Below are positions 1-8,277 of a stretch of DNA of 32,000 bases, piece after piece. The DNA is from Corynebacterium glutamicum ATCC 13032 (GTDB taxonomy: Bacteria; Actinomycetota; Actinomycetes; Mycobacteriales; Mycobacteriaceae). Under the pieces are notes generated by a model. The model did not search any database. It was not told where the DNA came from and worked only from the letters and a program-made list of their open reading frames with translations. The translations under genes were made by a program, and so were the position numbers. Position 1 is the stretch's first letter, and every line of letters starts with the position of its first letter. The stretch is taken from the NCBI RefSeq assembly GCF_000011325.1, contig NC_003450.3:390001-422000 (forward strand), given 5' to 3'.

Positions 1-171
1 ATCGAAGAAGGCCATCCGGTACACATTGTGGTTCATGAAGGAAAGCGCCATGACCTTGGTAATCCAGCTGGGTACATTCCTGCTGTTGTGTACTTCGGAC
101 TTCGTCATGCAGAGTACGGTTCCAAGATTCACCGTGCGGTGAAGGAAATACTCGCTGAGTTTGAATCTTAA
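1..171 (+). CDS. galU: 3' end of UTP--glucose-1-phosphate uridylyltransferase (partial; N-terminus lies outside the window)
   Basis: Frame 1 is open from base 1 to TAA at 169-171. The tail ...GKRHDLGNPAGYIPAVVYFGLRHAEYG... resembles the conserved GalU C-terminal segment (E. coli-type ...HDCGNKLGY..A.VE.G.RH...). A hairpin terminator follows. Confidence 0.5.
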   Translation: MEEGHPVHIVVHEGKRHDLGNPAGYIPAVVYFGLRHAEYGSKIHRAVKEILAEFES

Positions 172-176
172 AAAGG

Positions 177-210
177 AAACCGCCTTCCACATTGTGGGAG
201 GCGGTTTTCT
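177..210 (+). terminator. Intrinsic terminator after galU
   Basis: Stem 180-188 pairs with 196-204 (ccgccttcc / ggaggcgg, one G-U). An A-run lies upstream and TTTTCT follows at 205-210. It sits inside the N-terminal extension of the 161..733 ORF, which argues for the later ATG at 233. Confidence 0.6.
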
Positions 211-232
211 CATGCGATTAGAATCTTATGCC

Positions 233-733
233 ATGGCTAAGAAAGTAGACACCTCGAACGCTACCCCCGCTCTAGCCCTTCTTACGGAGAGGCAGATTCC
301 TTTTGAGCTGGATGTTCATGATGTAGATCCAAAATCATCAAAGGGCTTTGCATTGGATGCCTCTGAAGTAATGGGTGTGGAGCCGGAAGTGGTGTTTAAA
401 ACGCTCATGGCAGATATTGATGGTGAACACGTGGTCGCGATTGTTCCAGCCAGCAGAACGTTGAATCTCAAGCAGTTGGCTAAGGCTGGAAAAGGTAAGC
501 ATGCAAACATGATGGATCGCAGCCGTGCACAGGTAGTTACGGGGTATGTCCCTGGTGGAATCTCACCGATAGGGCAGAAGAACAAGCACCGCGTGTTTTT
601 GGATGAGTCTGCAATTCTCCAGGAGCGAATCTACGTCAGCGCAGGGCGACGCGGGTGGTCCCTGATTATCGCCCCGGATGATGTTCTTCTGGCTACCGAT
701 GGTGTTTACGCGGATATTGCTGATCATTCATAA
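233..733 (+). CDS. YbaK/EbsC-family aminoacyl-tRNA (Cys-tRNA-Pro type) deacylase
   Basis: ORF 161..733. I prefer the ATG at 233 (MAKKVDTS...) because 177-210 is a terminator. YbaK/ProX-like segments are present: KTLMADIDGEHVVAIVPASRTLNLKQLAK and GYVPGGISPIG. Confidence 0.75.
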   Translation: MAKKVDTSNATPALALLTERQIPFELDVHDVDPKSSKGFALDASEVMGVEPEVVFKTLMADIDGEHVVAIVPASRTLNLKQLAKAGKGKHANMMDRSRAQVVTGYVPGGISPIGQKNKHRVFLDESAILQERIYVSAGRRGWSLIIAPDDVLLATDGVYADIADHS

Positions 734-744
734 AAGGTAAAACC

Positions 745-760
745 CACCCCCGCAGGGGTG
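745..760 (-). terminator. Hairpin terminator downstream of ramB (may also serve the convergent ybaK-like gene)
   Basis: cacccc(745-750)/ggggtg(755-760) forms a 6-bp GC stem. On the minus strand it is followed by GGTTTTACCTTTT. It lies between convergent stop codons at 733 and 784. Confidence 0.45.
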
Positions 761-783
761 CGTCGTAAAGCAAGCTCCTTTTC

Positions 784-2208
784 TTAGTACGGCGCGATAG
801 TGGATTCGTGCGCGTCGATGTTGATGCGGCCGTGGACGGATGGGAATGCGCGCTGCGCGCAGTTCTCGCGGGTGCACACTCGGCAGCCGGACCCGATGGG
901 GGTGGCGGTGGAGAGGTCCTGGAGGTTGAAACCGCGGGAGTACACAGTGCGGTCGGCGTGGCGCGCTTCGCAGCCCAGGCCGATGGCGAACATTTTGTCT
1001 ACTTCGCCGAACCGGGCTTCGTGGTGTCGCACGGTGCGTGAGATCCACAGGTAGTTGCGTCCGTCGGGCATTTGCGCGAATTGGCGGAGCACTTGGCCGG
1101 GGTTGGTGAAGGTTTCAAACACGTTCCACAGGGGGCAGGTGCCGCCGTAGTGGGTGAAGTGGAAGCCGGTGGCGGATTGGCGTTTGGACATGTTGCCGGC
1201 GCGGTCGACGCGCACGAAGGTAAAGGGGATGCCGCGCAGGTTGGGGCGCTGCAGGGTGGACAAGCGGTGGGCGGTTGTCTCATAGCCCACGCCAAAGAGT
1301 TGGCCTAGGTACTCGATGTCGTAGCCGGATTTTTCGGCCTCGGAGTGGAAGATTTTGTAGGGCAGCATCACGGCGGCGGCGAAGTAGGAGGCCACACCGC
1401 GGATGGCTAGGGTGCGGGCTTCGGGGGTGGACCAGATGCCGTCGTCAACGATACCTTCGATGAGGTCGTTGGCTTCTAGGTAGCCGAGTTCGGTGGCCAT
1501 GCGGAAGGCGCGTTGCCCGGGGTTGAGGCGTGCGTGGATTGTCAGCAGACGCGTCTCGGGGTCGAAGTGGTGCAGCGTGCCGGATTCCTCTTTGGAGGAG
1601 GTGATGGTGACATCGTGATCCATTTGCAGGCGGCGGGCGATCGAATCTTCCATGGCGCGGGAATCGTACGGCTGCCAGCCCAGTTGCGCGGCGATGGCTT
1701 CGGCGCGGCGGTCAAGGGCATCGAAGTAGTTTTGGCGGGCGTAAATGAAATCGCGGACCTCTTCGTGCGGCATGCTCACGGCCTCCGCGATGGGACGGCG
1801 TTCCTCAGGCGTGTTGGTGCGATTATCCACTGCGATGGAGAACTTATCGCGCACGTTTCGGTAACGCTGGTGCATTTCCACCATCGCGCGCGCTAGTTGG
1901 GGGTGGTTGTACACCATCTCCGAAAGCTCTTGCAGCTCCACGTTCGCAGGATTGATCTCCCGGTCCAGCATGACGTCTTGGACCTCGGCGAGCAGGCGGG
2001 AGTCATCGTCGCGGGAGAAAAACGTTGCGTCTACGCCGAACGCCTCGGTGATGCGCAATAACACCGGTACGGTGAGCGGGCGTACGTCGTGCTCAATCTG
2101 ATTTACATAACTTGCAGATAAGCCAAGGGTTGCTGCTAAGGATGCCTGGCTCAGGTCTCTTTCGCGGCGCAGTTGGCGCAGCCTGGACCCCACATATGTC
2201 TTTCCCAT
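784..2208 (-). CDS. ramB: RamB, regulator of acetate metabolism (XRE-type HTH plus DUF955/ImmA-like domain)
   Basis: 474-aa ORF. The N-terminal HTH reads [35 protein letters not shown]. Its length and its position divergent from sdhCAB match my recollection of C. glutamicum RamB. Confidence 0.9.
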
Positions 2209-2260
2209 GGCGCAACTATAGCGTGATCACCATCACCTTAACCACTCTTGGCACTGAGGT

Positions 2261-2273
2261 GTTGCAAACTTGT
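2261..2273 (-). promoter_or_regulatory. RamB-box-like site upstream of ramB (candidate autoregulation site)
   Basis: The minus strand reads ACAAGTTTGCAAC, matching 11 of 13 positions of the RamB motif A(A/C)AACTTTGCAAA. It lies 53 nt upstream of the ramB start. Confidence 0.45.
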
Positions 2274-2390
2274 TGATTTTCGCTTTTCGACGCAGCCCGC
2301 CGCCACCAGGTGCCCGGCGTGGTCGGGCCACATCCGCCCCGGGAACTTTTTAGGCACCTACGGTGCAACTGTTGGGATAATTGTGTCACC

Positions 2391-2403
2391 TGCGCAAAGT
2401 TGC
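2391..2403 (-). promoter_or_regulatory. Second, weaker RamB-box-like site
   Basis: The minus strand reads GCAACTTTGCGCA, about 10 of 13 matches to the RamB motif, with the core AACTTTGC intact. Confidence 0.3.
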
Positions 2404-2482
2404 TCCCTGGATCGGAAGGTTGGGCTGTCTAAACTTTTTGGTTGATACCAAACGGGGTTAGAAACTGTTCGGATCGGTATCC

Positions 2483-2498
2483 TGTGAGGAAGCTCACC
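2483..2498. promoter_or_regulatory. GlxR (CRP-family) site-like palindrome in the sdhCAB upstream region
   Basis: TGTGAGGAAGCTCACC compared with the consensus TGTGA-N6-TCACA. Only the last base deviates. Confidence 0.45.
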
Positions 2499-2574
2499 TT
2501 GGTTTTAGAATGTTGAAAAGGCCTCACGTTTCCGCAGGTAGAGCACACTCAATTAAATGAGCGTCAAACGACAA

Positions 2575-2593
2575 TAAAGTAAGGCTATCCTAA
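2575..2593. promoter_or_regulatory. DtxR-box-like site upstream of sdhC
   Basis: TAAAGTAAGGCTATCCTAA compared with the 19-bp DtxR palindrome TTAGGTTAGCCTAACCTAA gives 14 of 19 matches by hand. sdhCAB is reported as a DtxR target in C. glutamicum. Confidence 0.5.
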
Positions 2594-2704
2594 TAAGTGG
2601 GGTTTTATGTCTCTAAACAGCCAGTTGGGGGTCATGGGGGAGCGCCCCGTGACTGGTTAATGCCCCGATCTGGGACGTACAGTAACAACGACACTGGAGG
2701 TGCC

Positions 2705-3478
2705 ATGACTGTTAGAAATCCCGACCGTGAGGCAATCCGTCACGGAAAAATTACGACGGAGGCGCTGCGTGAGCGTCCCGCATACCCGACCTGGGCAATG
2801 AAGCTGACCATGGCCATCACTGGCCTAATGTTTGGTGGCTTCGTTCTTGTTCACATGATCGGAAACCTGAAAATCTTCATGCCGGACTACGCAGCCGATT
2901 CTGCGCATCCGGGTGAAGCACAAGTAGATGTCTACGGCGAGTTCCTGCGTGAGATCGGATCCCCGATCCTCCCACACGGCTCAGTCCTCTGGATCCTACG
3001 TATTATCCTGCTGGTCGCATTGGTTCTGCACATCTACTGTGCATTCGCATTGACCGGCCGTTCTCACCAGTCCCGCGGAAAGTTCCGCCGTACCAACCTC
3101 GTTGGCGGCTTCAACTCCTTCGCGACCCGCTCCATGCTGGTGACCGGAATCGTTCTCCTTGCGTTCATTATCTTCCACATCCTCGACCTGACCATGGGTG
3201 TTGCTCCAGCAGCCCCAACCTCATTCGAGCACGGCGAAGTATACGCAAACATGGTGGCTTCCTTTAGCCGCTGGCCTGTAGCAATTTGGTACATCATTGC
3301 CAACCTGGTCCTGTTCGTCCACCTGTCACACGGCATCTGGCTTGCAGTCTCTGACCTGGGAATCACCGGACGCCGCTGGAGGGCAATCCTCCTCGCAGTT
3401 GCGTACATCGTTCCTGCACTGGTCCTGATCGGCAACATCACCATTCCGTTCGCCATCGCTGTTGGCTGGATTGCGTAA
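2705..3478 (+). CDS. sdhC: Succinate dehydrogenase cytochrome b subunit (membrane anchor)
   Basis: ORF 2597..3478. I prefer the ATG at 2705 (MTVRNPDRE...), which is preceded by GGAGG and gives 257 aa. The protein has multiple hydrophobic helices with conserved His residues and is followed directly by sdhA and sdhB. Confidence 0.85.
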   Translation: MTVRNPDREAIRHGKITTEALRERPAYPTWAMKLTMAITGLMFGGFVLVHMIGNLKIFMPDYAADSAHPGEAQVDVYGEFLREIGSPILPHGSVLWILRIILLVALVLHIYCAFALTGRSHQSRGKFRRTNLVGGFNSFATRSMLVTGIVLLAFIIFHILDLTMGVAPAAPTSFEHGEVYANMVASFSRWPVAIWYIIANLVLFVHLSHGIWLAVSDLGITGRRWRAILLAVAYIVPALVLIGNITIPFAIAVGWIA

Positions 3479-3494
3479 AGGTTAGGAAGAATTT

Positions 3495-5516
3495 ATGAGC
3501 ACTCACTCTGAAACCACCCGCCCAGAGTTCATCCACCCAGTCTCAGTCCTCCCAGAGGTCTCAGCTGGTACGGTCCTTGACGCTGCAGAGCCAGCAGGCG
3601 TTCCCACCAAAGATATGTGGGAATACCAAAAAGACCACATGAACCTGGTCTCCCCACTGAACCGACGCAAGTTCCGTGTCCTCGTCGTTGGCACCGGCCT
3701 GTCCGGTGGTGCTGCAGCAGCAGCCCTCGGCGAACTCGGATACGACGTCAAGGCGTTCACCTACCACGACGCACCTCGCCGTGCGCACTCCATTGCTGCA
3801 CAGGGTGGCGTTAACTCCGCCCGCGGCAAGAAGGTAGACAACGACGGCGCATACCGCCACGTCAAGGACACCGTCAAGGGCGGCGACTACCGTGGTCGCG
3901 AGTCCGACTGCTGGCGTCTCGCCGTCGAGTCCGTCCGCGTCATCGACCACATGAACGCCATCGGTGCACCATTCGCCCGCGAATACGGTGGCGCCTTGGC
4001 AACCCGTTCCTTCGGTGGTGTGCAGGTCTCCCGTACCTACTACACCCGTGGACAAACCGGACAGCAGCTGCAGCTCTCCACCGCATCCGCACTACAGCGC
4101 CAGATCCACCTCGGCTCCGTAGAAATCTTCACCCATAACGAAATGGTTGACGTCATTGTCACCGAACGTAACGGTGAAAAGCGCTGCGAAGGCCTGATCA
4201 TGCGCAACCTGATCACCGGCGAGCTCACCGCACACACCGGCCATGCCGTTATCCTGGCAACCGGTGGCTACGGCAACGTGTACCACATGTCCACCCTGGC
4301 CAAGAACTCCAACGCCTCGGCCATCATGCGTGCATACGAAGCCGGCGCATACTTCGCGTCCCCATCGTTCATCCAGTTCCACCCAACCGGCCTGCCTGTG
4401 AACTCCACCTGGCAGTCCAAGACCATTCTGATGTCCGAGTCGCTGCGTAACGACGGCCGCATCTGGTCCCCTAAGGAACCGAACGATAACCGCGATCCAA
4501 ACACCATCCCTGAGGATGAGCGCGACTACTTCCTGGAGCGCCGCTACCCAGCATTCGGTAACCTCGTCCCACGTGACGTTGCTTCCCGTGCGATCTCCCA
4601 GCAGATCAATGCTGGTCTCGGTGTTGGACCTCTGAACAACGCTGCATACCTGGACTTCCGCGACGCCACCGAGCGCCTCGGACAGGACACCATCCGCGAG
4701 CGTTACTCCAACCTCTTCACCATGTACGAAGAGGCAATTGGCGAGGACCCATACTCCAGCCCAATGCGTATTGCACCGACCTGCCACTTCACCATGGGTG
4801 GCCTCTGGACTGACTTCAACGAAATGACGTCACTCCCAGGTCTGTTCTGCGCAGGCGAAGCATCCTGGACCTACCACGGTGCAAACCGTCTGGGCGCAAA
4901 CTCCCTGCTCTCCGCTTCCGTCGATGGCTGGTTCACCCTGCCATTCACCATCCCTAACTACCTCGGCCCATTGCTTGGCTCCGAGCGTCTGTCAGAGGAT
5001 GCACCAGAAGCACAGGCAGCGATTGCGCGTGCACAGGCTCGCATTGACCGCCTCATGGGCAACCGCCCAGAGTGGGTCGGTGACAACGTTCACGGACCTG
5101 AGTACTACCACCGCCAGCTTGGCGATATCCTGTACTTCTCCTGTGGCGTTTCCCGAAACGTAGAAGACCTCCAGGATGGCATCAACAAGATCCGTGCCCT
5201 CCGCGATGACTTCTGGAAGAACATGCGCATCACCGGCAGCACCGATGAGATGAACCAGGTTCTCGAATACGCAGCACGCGTAGCCGACTACATCGACCTC
5301 GGCGAACTCATGTGTGTCGACGCCCTCGACCGCGACGAGTCCTGTGGCGCTCACTTCCGCGACGACCACCTCTCCGAAGATGGCGAAGCAGAACGTGACG
5401 ACGAAAACTGGTGCTTCGTCTCCGCATGGGAACCAGGCGAGAACGGAACCTTCGTCCGCCACGCAGAACCACTGTTCTTCGAATCCGTCCCACTGCAGAC
5501 AAGGAACTACAAGTAA
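3495..5516 (+). CDS. sdhA: Succinate dehydrogenase flavoprotein subunit
   Basis: 673 aa. It has the FAD dinucleotide fold VVGTGLSGGAAAAALGELG and the covalent-FAD His region RAHSIAAQGGVN. An AGGAAG RBS precedes the start. Confidence 0.95.
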   Translation: MSTHSETTRPEFIHPVSVLPEVSAGTVLDAAEPAGVPTKDMWEYQKDHMNLVSPLNRRKFRVLVVGTGLSGGAAAAALGELGYDVKAFTYHDAPRRAHSIAAQGGVNSARGKKVDNDGAYRHVKDTVKGGDYRGRESDCWRLAVESVRVIDHMNAIGAPFAREYGGALATRSFGGVQVSRTYYTRGQTGQQLQLSTASALQRQIHLGSVEIFTHNEMVDVIVTERNGEKRCEGLIMRNLITGELTAHTGHAVILATGGYGNVYHMSTLAKNSNASAIMRAYEAGAYFASPSFIQFHPTGLPVNSTWQSKTILMSESLRNDGRIWSPKEPNDNRDPNTIPEDERDYFLERRYPAFGNLVPRDVASRAISQQINAGLGVGPLNNAAYLDFRDATERLGQDTIRERYSNLFTMYEEAIGEDPYSSPMRIAPTCHFTMGGLWTDFNEMTSLPGLFCAGEASWTYHGANRLGANSLLSASVDGWFTLPFTIPNYLGPLLGSERLSEDAPEAQAAIARAQARIDRLMGNRPEWVGDNVHGPEYYHRQLGDILYFSCGVSRNVEDLQDGINKIRALRDDFWKNMRITGSTDEMNQVLEYAARVADYIDLGELMCVDALDRDESCGAHFRDDHLSEDGEAERDDENWCFVSAWEPGENGTFVRHAEPLFFESVPLQTRNYK

Positions 5517-6265
5517 TGAAACTTACACTTGAGATCTGGCGTCAAGCAGGCCCAACTGCGGAAGGCAAGTTCGAAACCGTCCAGGTTGACGACGCCGTCG
5601 CGCAGATGTCCATCCTGGAGCTGCTTGACCACGTAAACAACAAGTTCATCGAAGAAGGCAAAGAACCATTCGCGTTCGCCTCTGACTGCCGCGAAGGCAT
5701 TTGTGGTACCTGTGGTCTCCTCGTGAACGGTCGCCCTCACGGCGCCGACCAGAACAAGCCTGCCTGTGCGCAGCGCCTGGTCAGCTACAAGGAAGGCGAC
5801 ACCCTCAAGATCGAACCACTGCGTTCCGCCGCATACCCAGTGATCAAGGACATGGTCGTCGACCGCTCCGCACTGGACCGTGTCATGGAACAGGGTGGCT
5901 ACGTGACCATCAACGCAGGTACCGCACCTGACGCTGATACCCTCCACGTCAACCACGAAACCGCAGAACTCGCACTTGACCACGCAGCCTGCATCGGCTG
6001 TGGCGCATGTGTTGCTGCCTGCCCTAACGGCGCAGCACACCTGTTCACCGGCGCAAAGCTTGTTCACCTCTCCCTCCTCCCACTGGGTAAGGAAGAGCGC
6101 GGACTGCGTGCACGTAAGATGGTTGATGAAATGGAAACCAACTTCGGACACTGCTCCCTCTACGGCGAGTGCGCAGATGTCTGCCCCGCAGGCATCCCAC
6201 TGACCGCTGTGGCAGCTGTCACCAAGGAACGTGCGCGTGCAGCTTTCCGAGGCAAAGACGACTAG
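5516..6265 (+). CDS. sdhB: Succinate dehydrogenase iron-sulfur subunit
   Basis: The ATG at 5516 overlaps the sdhA stop (TAATG). 249 aa. Three Cys clusters are present: CREGICGTCG, CIGCGACVAACP and CSLYGECADVCP. Confidence 0.9.
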   Translation: MKLTLEIWRQAGPTAEGKFETVQVDDAVAQMSILELLDHVNNKFIEEGKEPFAFASDCREGICGTCGLLVNGRPHGADQNKPACAQRLVSYKEGDTLKIEPLRSAAYPVIKDMVVDRSALDRVMEQGGYVTINAGTAPDADTLHVNHETAELALDHAACIGCGACVAACPNGAAHLFTGAKLVHLSLLPLGKEERGLRARKMVDEMETNFGHCSLYGECADVCPAGIPLTAVAAVTKERARAAFRGKDD

Positions 6266-6314
6266 TCTTTAATCCAAGTAAGTACCGGTTCAGACAGTTA
6301 AACCAGAAAGACGA

Positions 6315-6653
6315 GTGAACACCATGTCCTCCGCGAAAAAGAAACCCGCACCGGAGCGTATGCACTACATCAAGGGCTATGTACCTGTGGCGTATAGCTC
6401 TCCACACTCATCCCTCGAGCGCAGCGCAACCTGGTTGGGCATGGGATTCCTCCTCACTGCTCTGGCAGGCGTTGGCGCAGTCCTCTTCGCAGTCGGCGCA
6501 AACAGCGTTGGCCAGCAGCAGGAACACTGGGTCCTCTACAGCATCATCGGTGTTGTATTCGCCGTTGTCTGCACAGTTTTGGGCACCGTCCTGATCATCA
6601 AGGGCCGAGCACCTTACAACCGTTACGTCAAGGAAACCGGCCGTACGCAGTAG
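6315..6653 (+). CDS. Small hypothetical membrane protein (two predicted TM helices)
   Basis: 112-aa ORF on the same strand as sdhCAB. It has two hydrophobic stretches, WLGMGFLLTALAGVGAVLFAV and VLYSIIGVVFAVVCTVLGTVLII. The start is ambiguous (GTG 6315 or ATG 6324). A strong terminator follows. Confidence 0.55.
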   Translation: MNTMSSAKKKPAPERMHYIKGYVPVAYSSPHSSLERSATWLGMGFLLTALAGVGAVLFAVGANSVGQQQEHWVLYSIIGVVFAVVCTVLGTVLIIKGRAPYNRYVKETGRTQ

Positions 6654-6686
6654 TTTCTGTATGCAGGTTCTTTGACTAGCACCTCC

Positions 6687-6738
6687 AACAACACCCTTTC
6701 TTCCATTTATGTGGGGGAGAGGGTGTTGTTTTGTTTTT
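6687..6738 (+). terminator. Intrinsic terminator of the sdh / small-membrane-protein transcription unit
   Basis: An 11-bp perfect stem, aacaacaccct (6687-6697) / agggtgttgtt (6720-6730), is followed by TTGTTTTT. Confidence 0.7.
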
Positions 6739-6740
6739 GC

Positions 6741-6935
6741 TTGGAGTTCCCTGGAGCCTTCATCGACAGCCCCCAAGCCCTCGAAAACGCCGAAAGCAAC
6801 CCACTGTGGAGCCAACTCCCCGCAGTCAAAAACGGTCAACTCTGTACCACGGAAAACCTCACCCCATGGATCCTCACCGGACCAGCAGCAGCTGAGATTG
6901 TGACCTCTGACCTCGAGGCATGTTTCGCTGCTTAG
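6741..6935 (+). pseudogene. C-terminal remnant of a periplasmic-binding-protein (FhuD/FepB-like iron-siderophore lipoprotein) gene
   Basis: The translated frame FIDSPQALENAESNPLWSQLPAVKNGQLCTTENLTPWILTGPAAAEIVTSDLEACFAA looks like the conserved tail of class III siderophore-binding proteins (NPLW..LPAVKNG.. W..GP.AA..). It has no start codon, signal peptide or lipobox. The upstream part of the ORF is the terminator at 6687-6738. Confidence 0.5.
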
Positions 6936-7182
6936 GAGACATGGAAGATTGGTGGAAATTGGGTCGTGCAGAAGGATGCTTGGAGATATAGGATACGCAA
7001 GTTCGAATTCTCGGCGGAGTAGTTCGTGCAAACTTGTCATTTTAAATTTTTTCCTGAGGAGGCGACAGGGATGTCTTTCGAGTTTGAATCCCCAATTTAT
7101 GGGTTTCGCCGGAGGTTGGCGTCGATAAGCAAAAATCTTTGCCCGTATTTGGTTGCCAAACGTGCGTGCTAGGTAATTGCAG

Positions 7183-7223
7183 CTTCACTTGTATCACTCA
7201 GGGTGATACAAGTGAAGATTTTG
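7183..7223. terminator. Strong hairpin between convergent units (terminator)
   Basis: A 15-bp perfect stem, cttcacttgtatcac (7183-7197) / gtgatacaagtgaag (7203-7217), has loop tcagg and is followed by ATTTTG on the plus strand. The minus-strand gene ends at 7229, just beside it. Confidence 0.6.
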
Positions 7224-7228
7224 CTGGG

Positions 7229-8206
7229 CTAAACCGGCAGTGCCTCACCCTGAACTACTTTGAAGGGTTTGAACACACCGTTTTTGCCGGGACCGATGCT
7301 GAAAAGGTGCTCGGGATCCATGACGTGGCTGCGGTCGGTGTAGGAAAGTAGGTATTCATCAAAGGCGGGGAGGGTTAGTTCCAACGCTAGTGCATCAGAA
7401 ACCTCTGCGTCTGTGACATCATCTGCCCAGGTAGGGATCCACATTTCTTCACCATTCGGGCCTTCAACAGAGTGAATCAGTCCATCCGAAGACACGGCAG
7501 CGATGCCTTTCTTTACATCACGCACAGTCAGTCCGGTCCACCACACCAGATCTTTCACAGTGGCAGCACCACGGGAGTGGAAGTAGCGACGGGTCATCTC
7601 TGTGAGCGCTTCGTCGCCGTTAAGTGCTAGGGAAAGGGGGCAGATGGAATCGAGAAGCACAAAGGAATCTTCCGTTCCGATGGGCGGGCCTTGTACGATG
7701 TCACCTTCGCCACCGAAATGCCGGAGTAAATGTTGGCCTCTGTGCTCGCCGGGGTCAACGTCTACGGATCGGAAAATTTCGTAGGCCTGGGTTCTGGATA
7801 CGGGGGATTTTTCGGCGGCGGTTGTTAGTGCGTCGCGGGCGCGCTGGACTGCGGCGCTATCAAGCGAAAGGCTGGAGCGGCGCTTGGCTGAAGCAGCCAG
7901 GATGCGTGGGGAGCATAGTAGCGTCATCCAGCGGACGTCTTCGGCGGCAAGTATTTGGTGGGTGCCGCGCTGCGTCCAGCTGCGGATGAGCAGTGACTTT
8001 CTTAATGCCGTGGCGGCGTCGGCGTTTTCCGAGCGGGTGTCTAGCGCAACGAGTGCGGAACCGCGTTGTTGGGCCTGGCTGGCGAGCATGTGTTTTGCCA
8101 CGTCGACGGCATTGCGCTCGGACTTAAAATTCAACGCCGCAGATGGTGCAAGCAGCTGTGAAATGAGGCGTAGGGCGCGGACGCGTTCCAGAGAAAGTGC
8201 AGGCAT
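7229..8206 (-). CDS. Winged-helix HTH_42/DUF1006 protein (AlkZ/YcaQ-like DNA glycosylase family)
   Basis: 325 aa. The N-terminal pattern LERVRALRLISQLL...HMLASQAQQ...LIRSWTQRGTHQILAAEDVRW parallels the family hallmarks (VRAWRL..Q.L, the Q-x-Q motif, and TW..RGT.H.L). An AGGGG RBS is present. Confidence 0.55.
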   Translation of the reverse strand: MPALSLERVRALRLISQLLAPSAALNFKSERNAVDVAKHMLASQAQQRGSALVALDTRSENADAATALRKSLLIRSWTQRGTHQILAAEDVRWMTLLCSPRILAASAKRRSSLSLDSAAVQRARDALTTAAEKSPVSRTQAYEIFRSVDVDPGEHRGQHLLRHFGGEGDIVQGPPIGTEDSFVLLDSICPLSLALNGDEALTEMTRRYFHSRGAATVKDLVWWTGLTVRDVKKGIAAVSSDGLIHSVEGPNGEEMWIPTWADDVTDAEVSDALALELTLPAFDEYLLSYTDRSHVMDPEHLFSIGPGKNGVFKPFKVVQGEALPV

Positions 8207-8277
8207 AACCCCTAAAATACCCTGATCTTCCCCCGTGTCCTGCCCCCGTGTCCACCCCTGCGTACATAATAGGACGC

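Noticed and set aside
161-232. Upstream extension of the YbaK-like gene
   Set aside because: It would overlap the galU stop and translate through the galU terminator hairpin (177-210). The ATG at 233 is the first start after the terminator.
2597-2704. Upstream extension of sdhC (the 293-aa version)
   Set aside because: The extension starts at a non-ATG codon and would begin only 4 nt after the DtxR-box-like site (2575-2593), inside promoter-proximal sequence. The ATG at 2705 has a GGAGG RBS and gives the expected ~257-aa cytochrome b subunit.
3561-5502. Several 64-231-aa ORFs on both strands within sdhA
   Set aside because: All overlap the sdhA frame, which has unambiguous flavoprotein motifs. 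Their composition is that of shadow frames.
6408-7040. 210-aa ORF on the minus strand
   Set aside because: It overlaps the small membrane-protein gene, the terminator hairpin and the binding-protein remnant on the opposite strand. No RBS or domain is present, and its composition is typical of an antisense frame.
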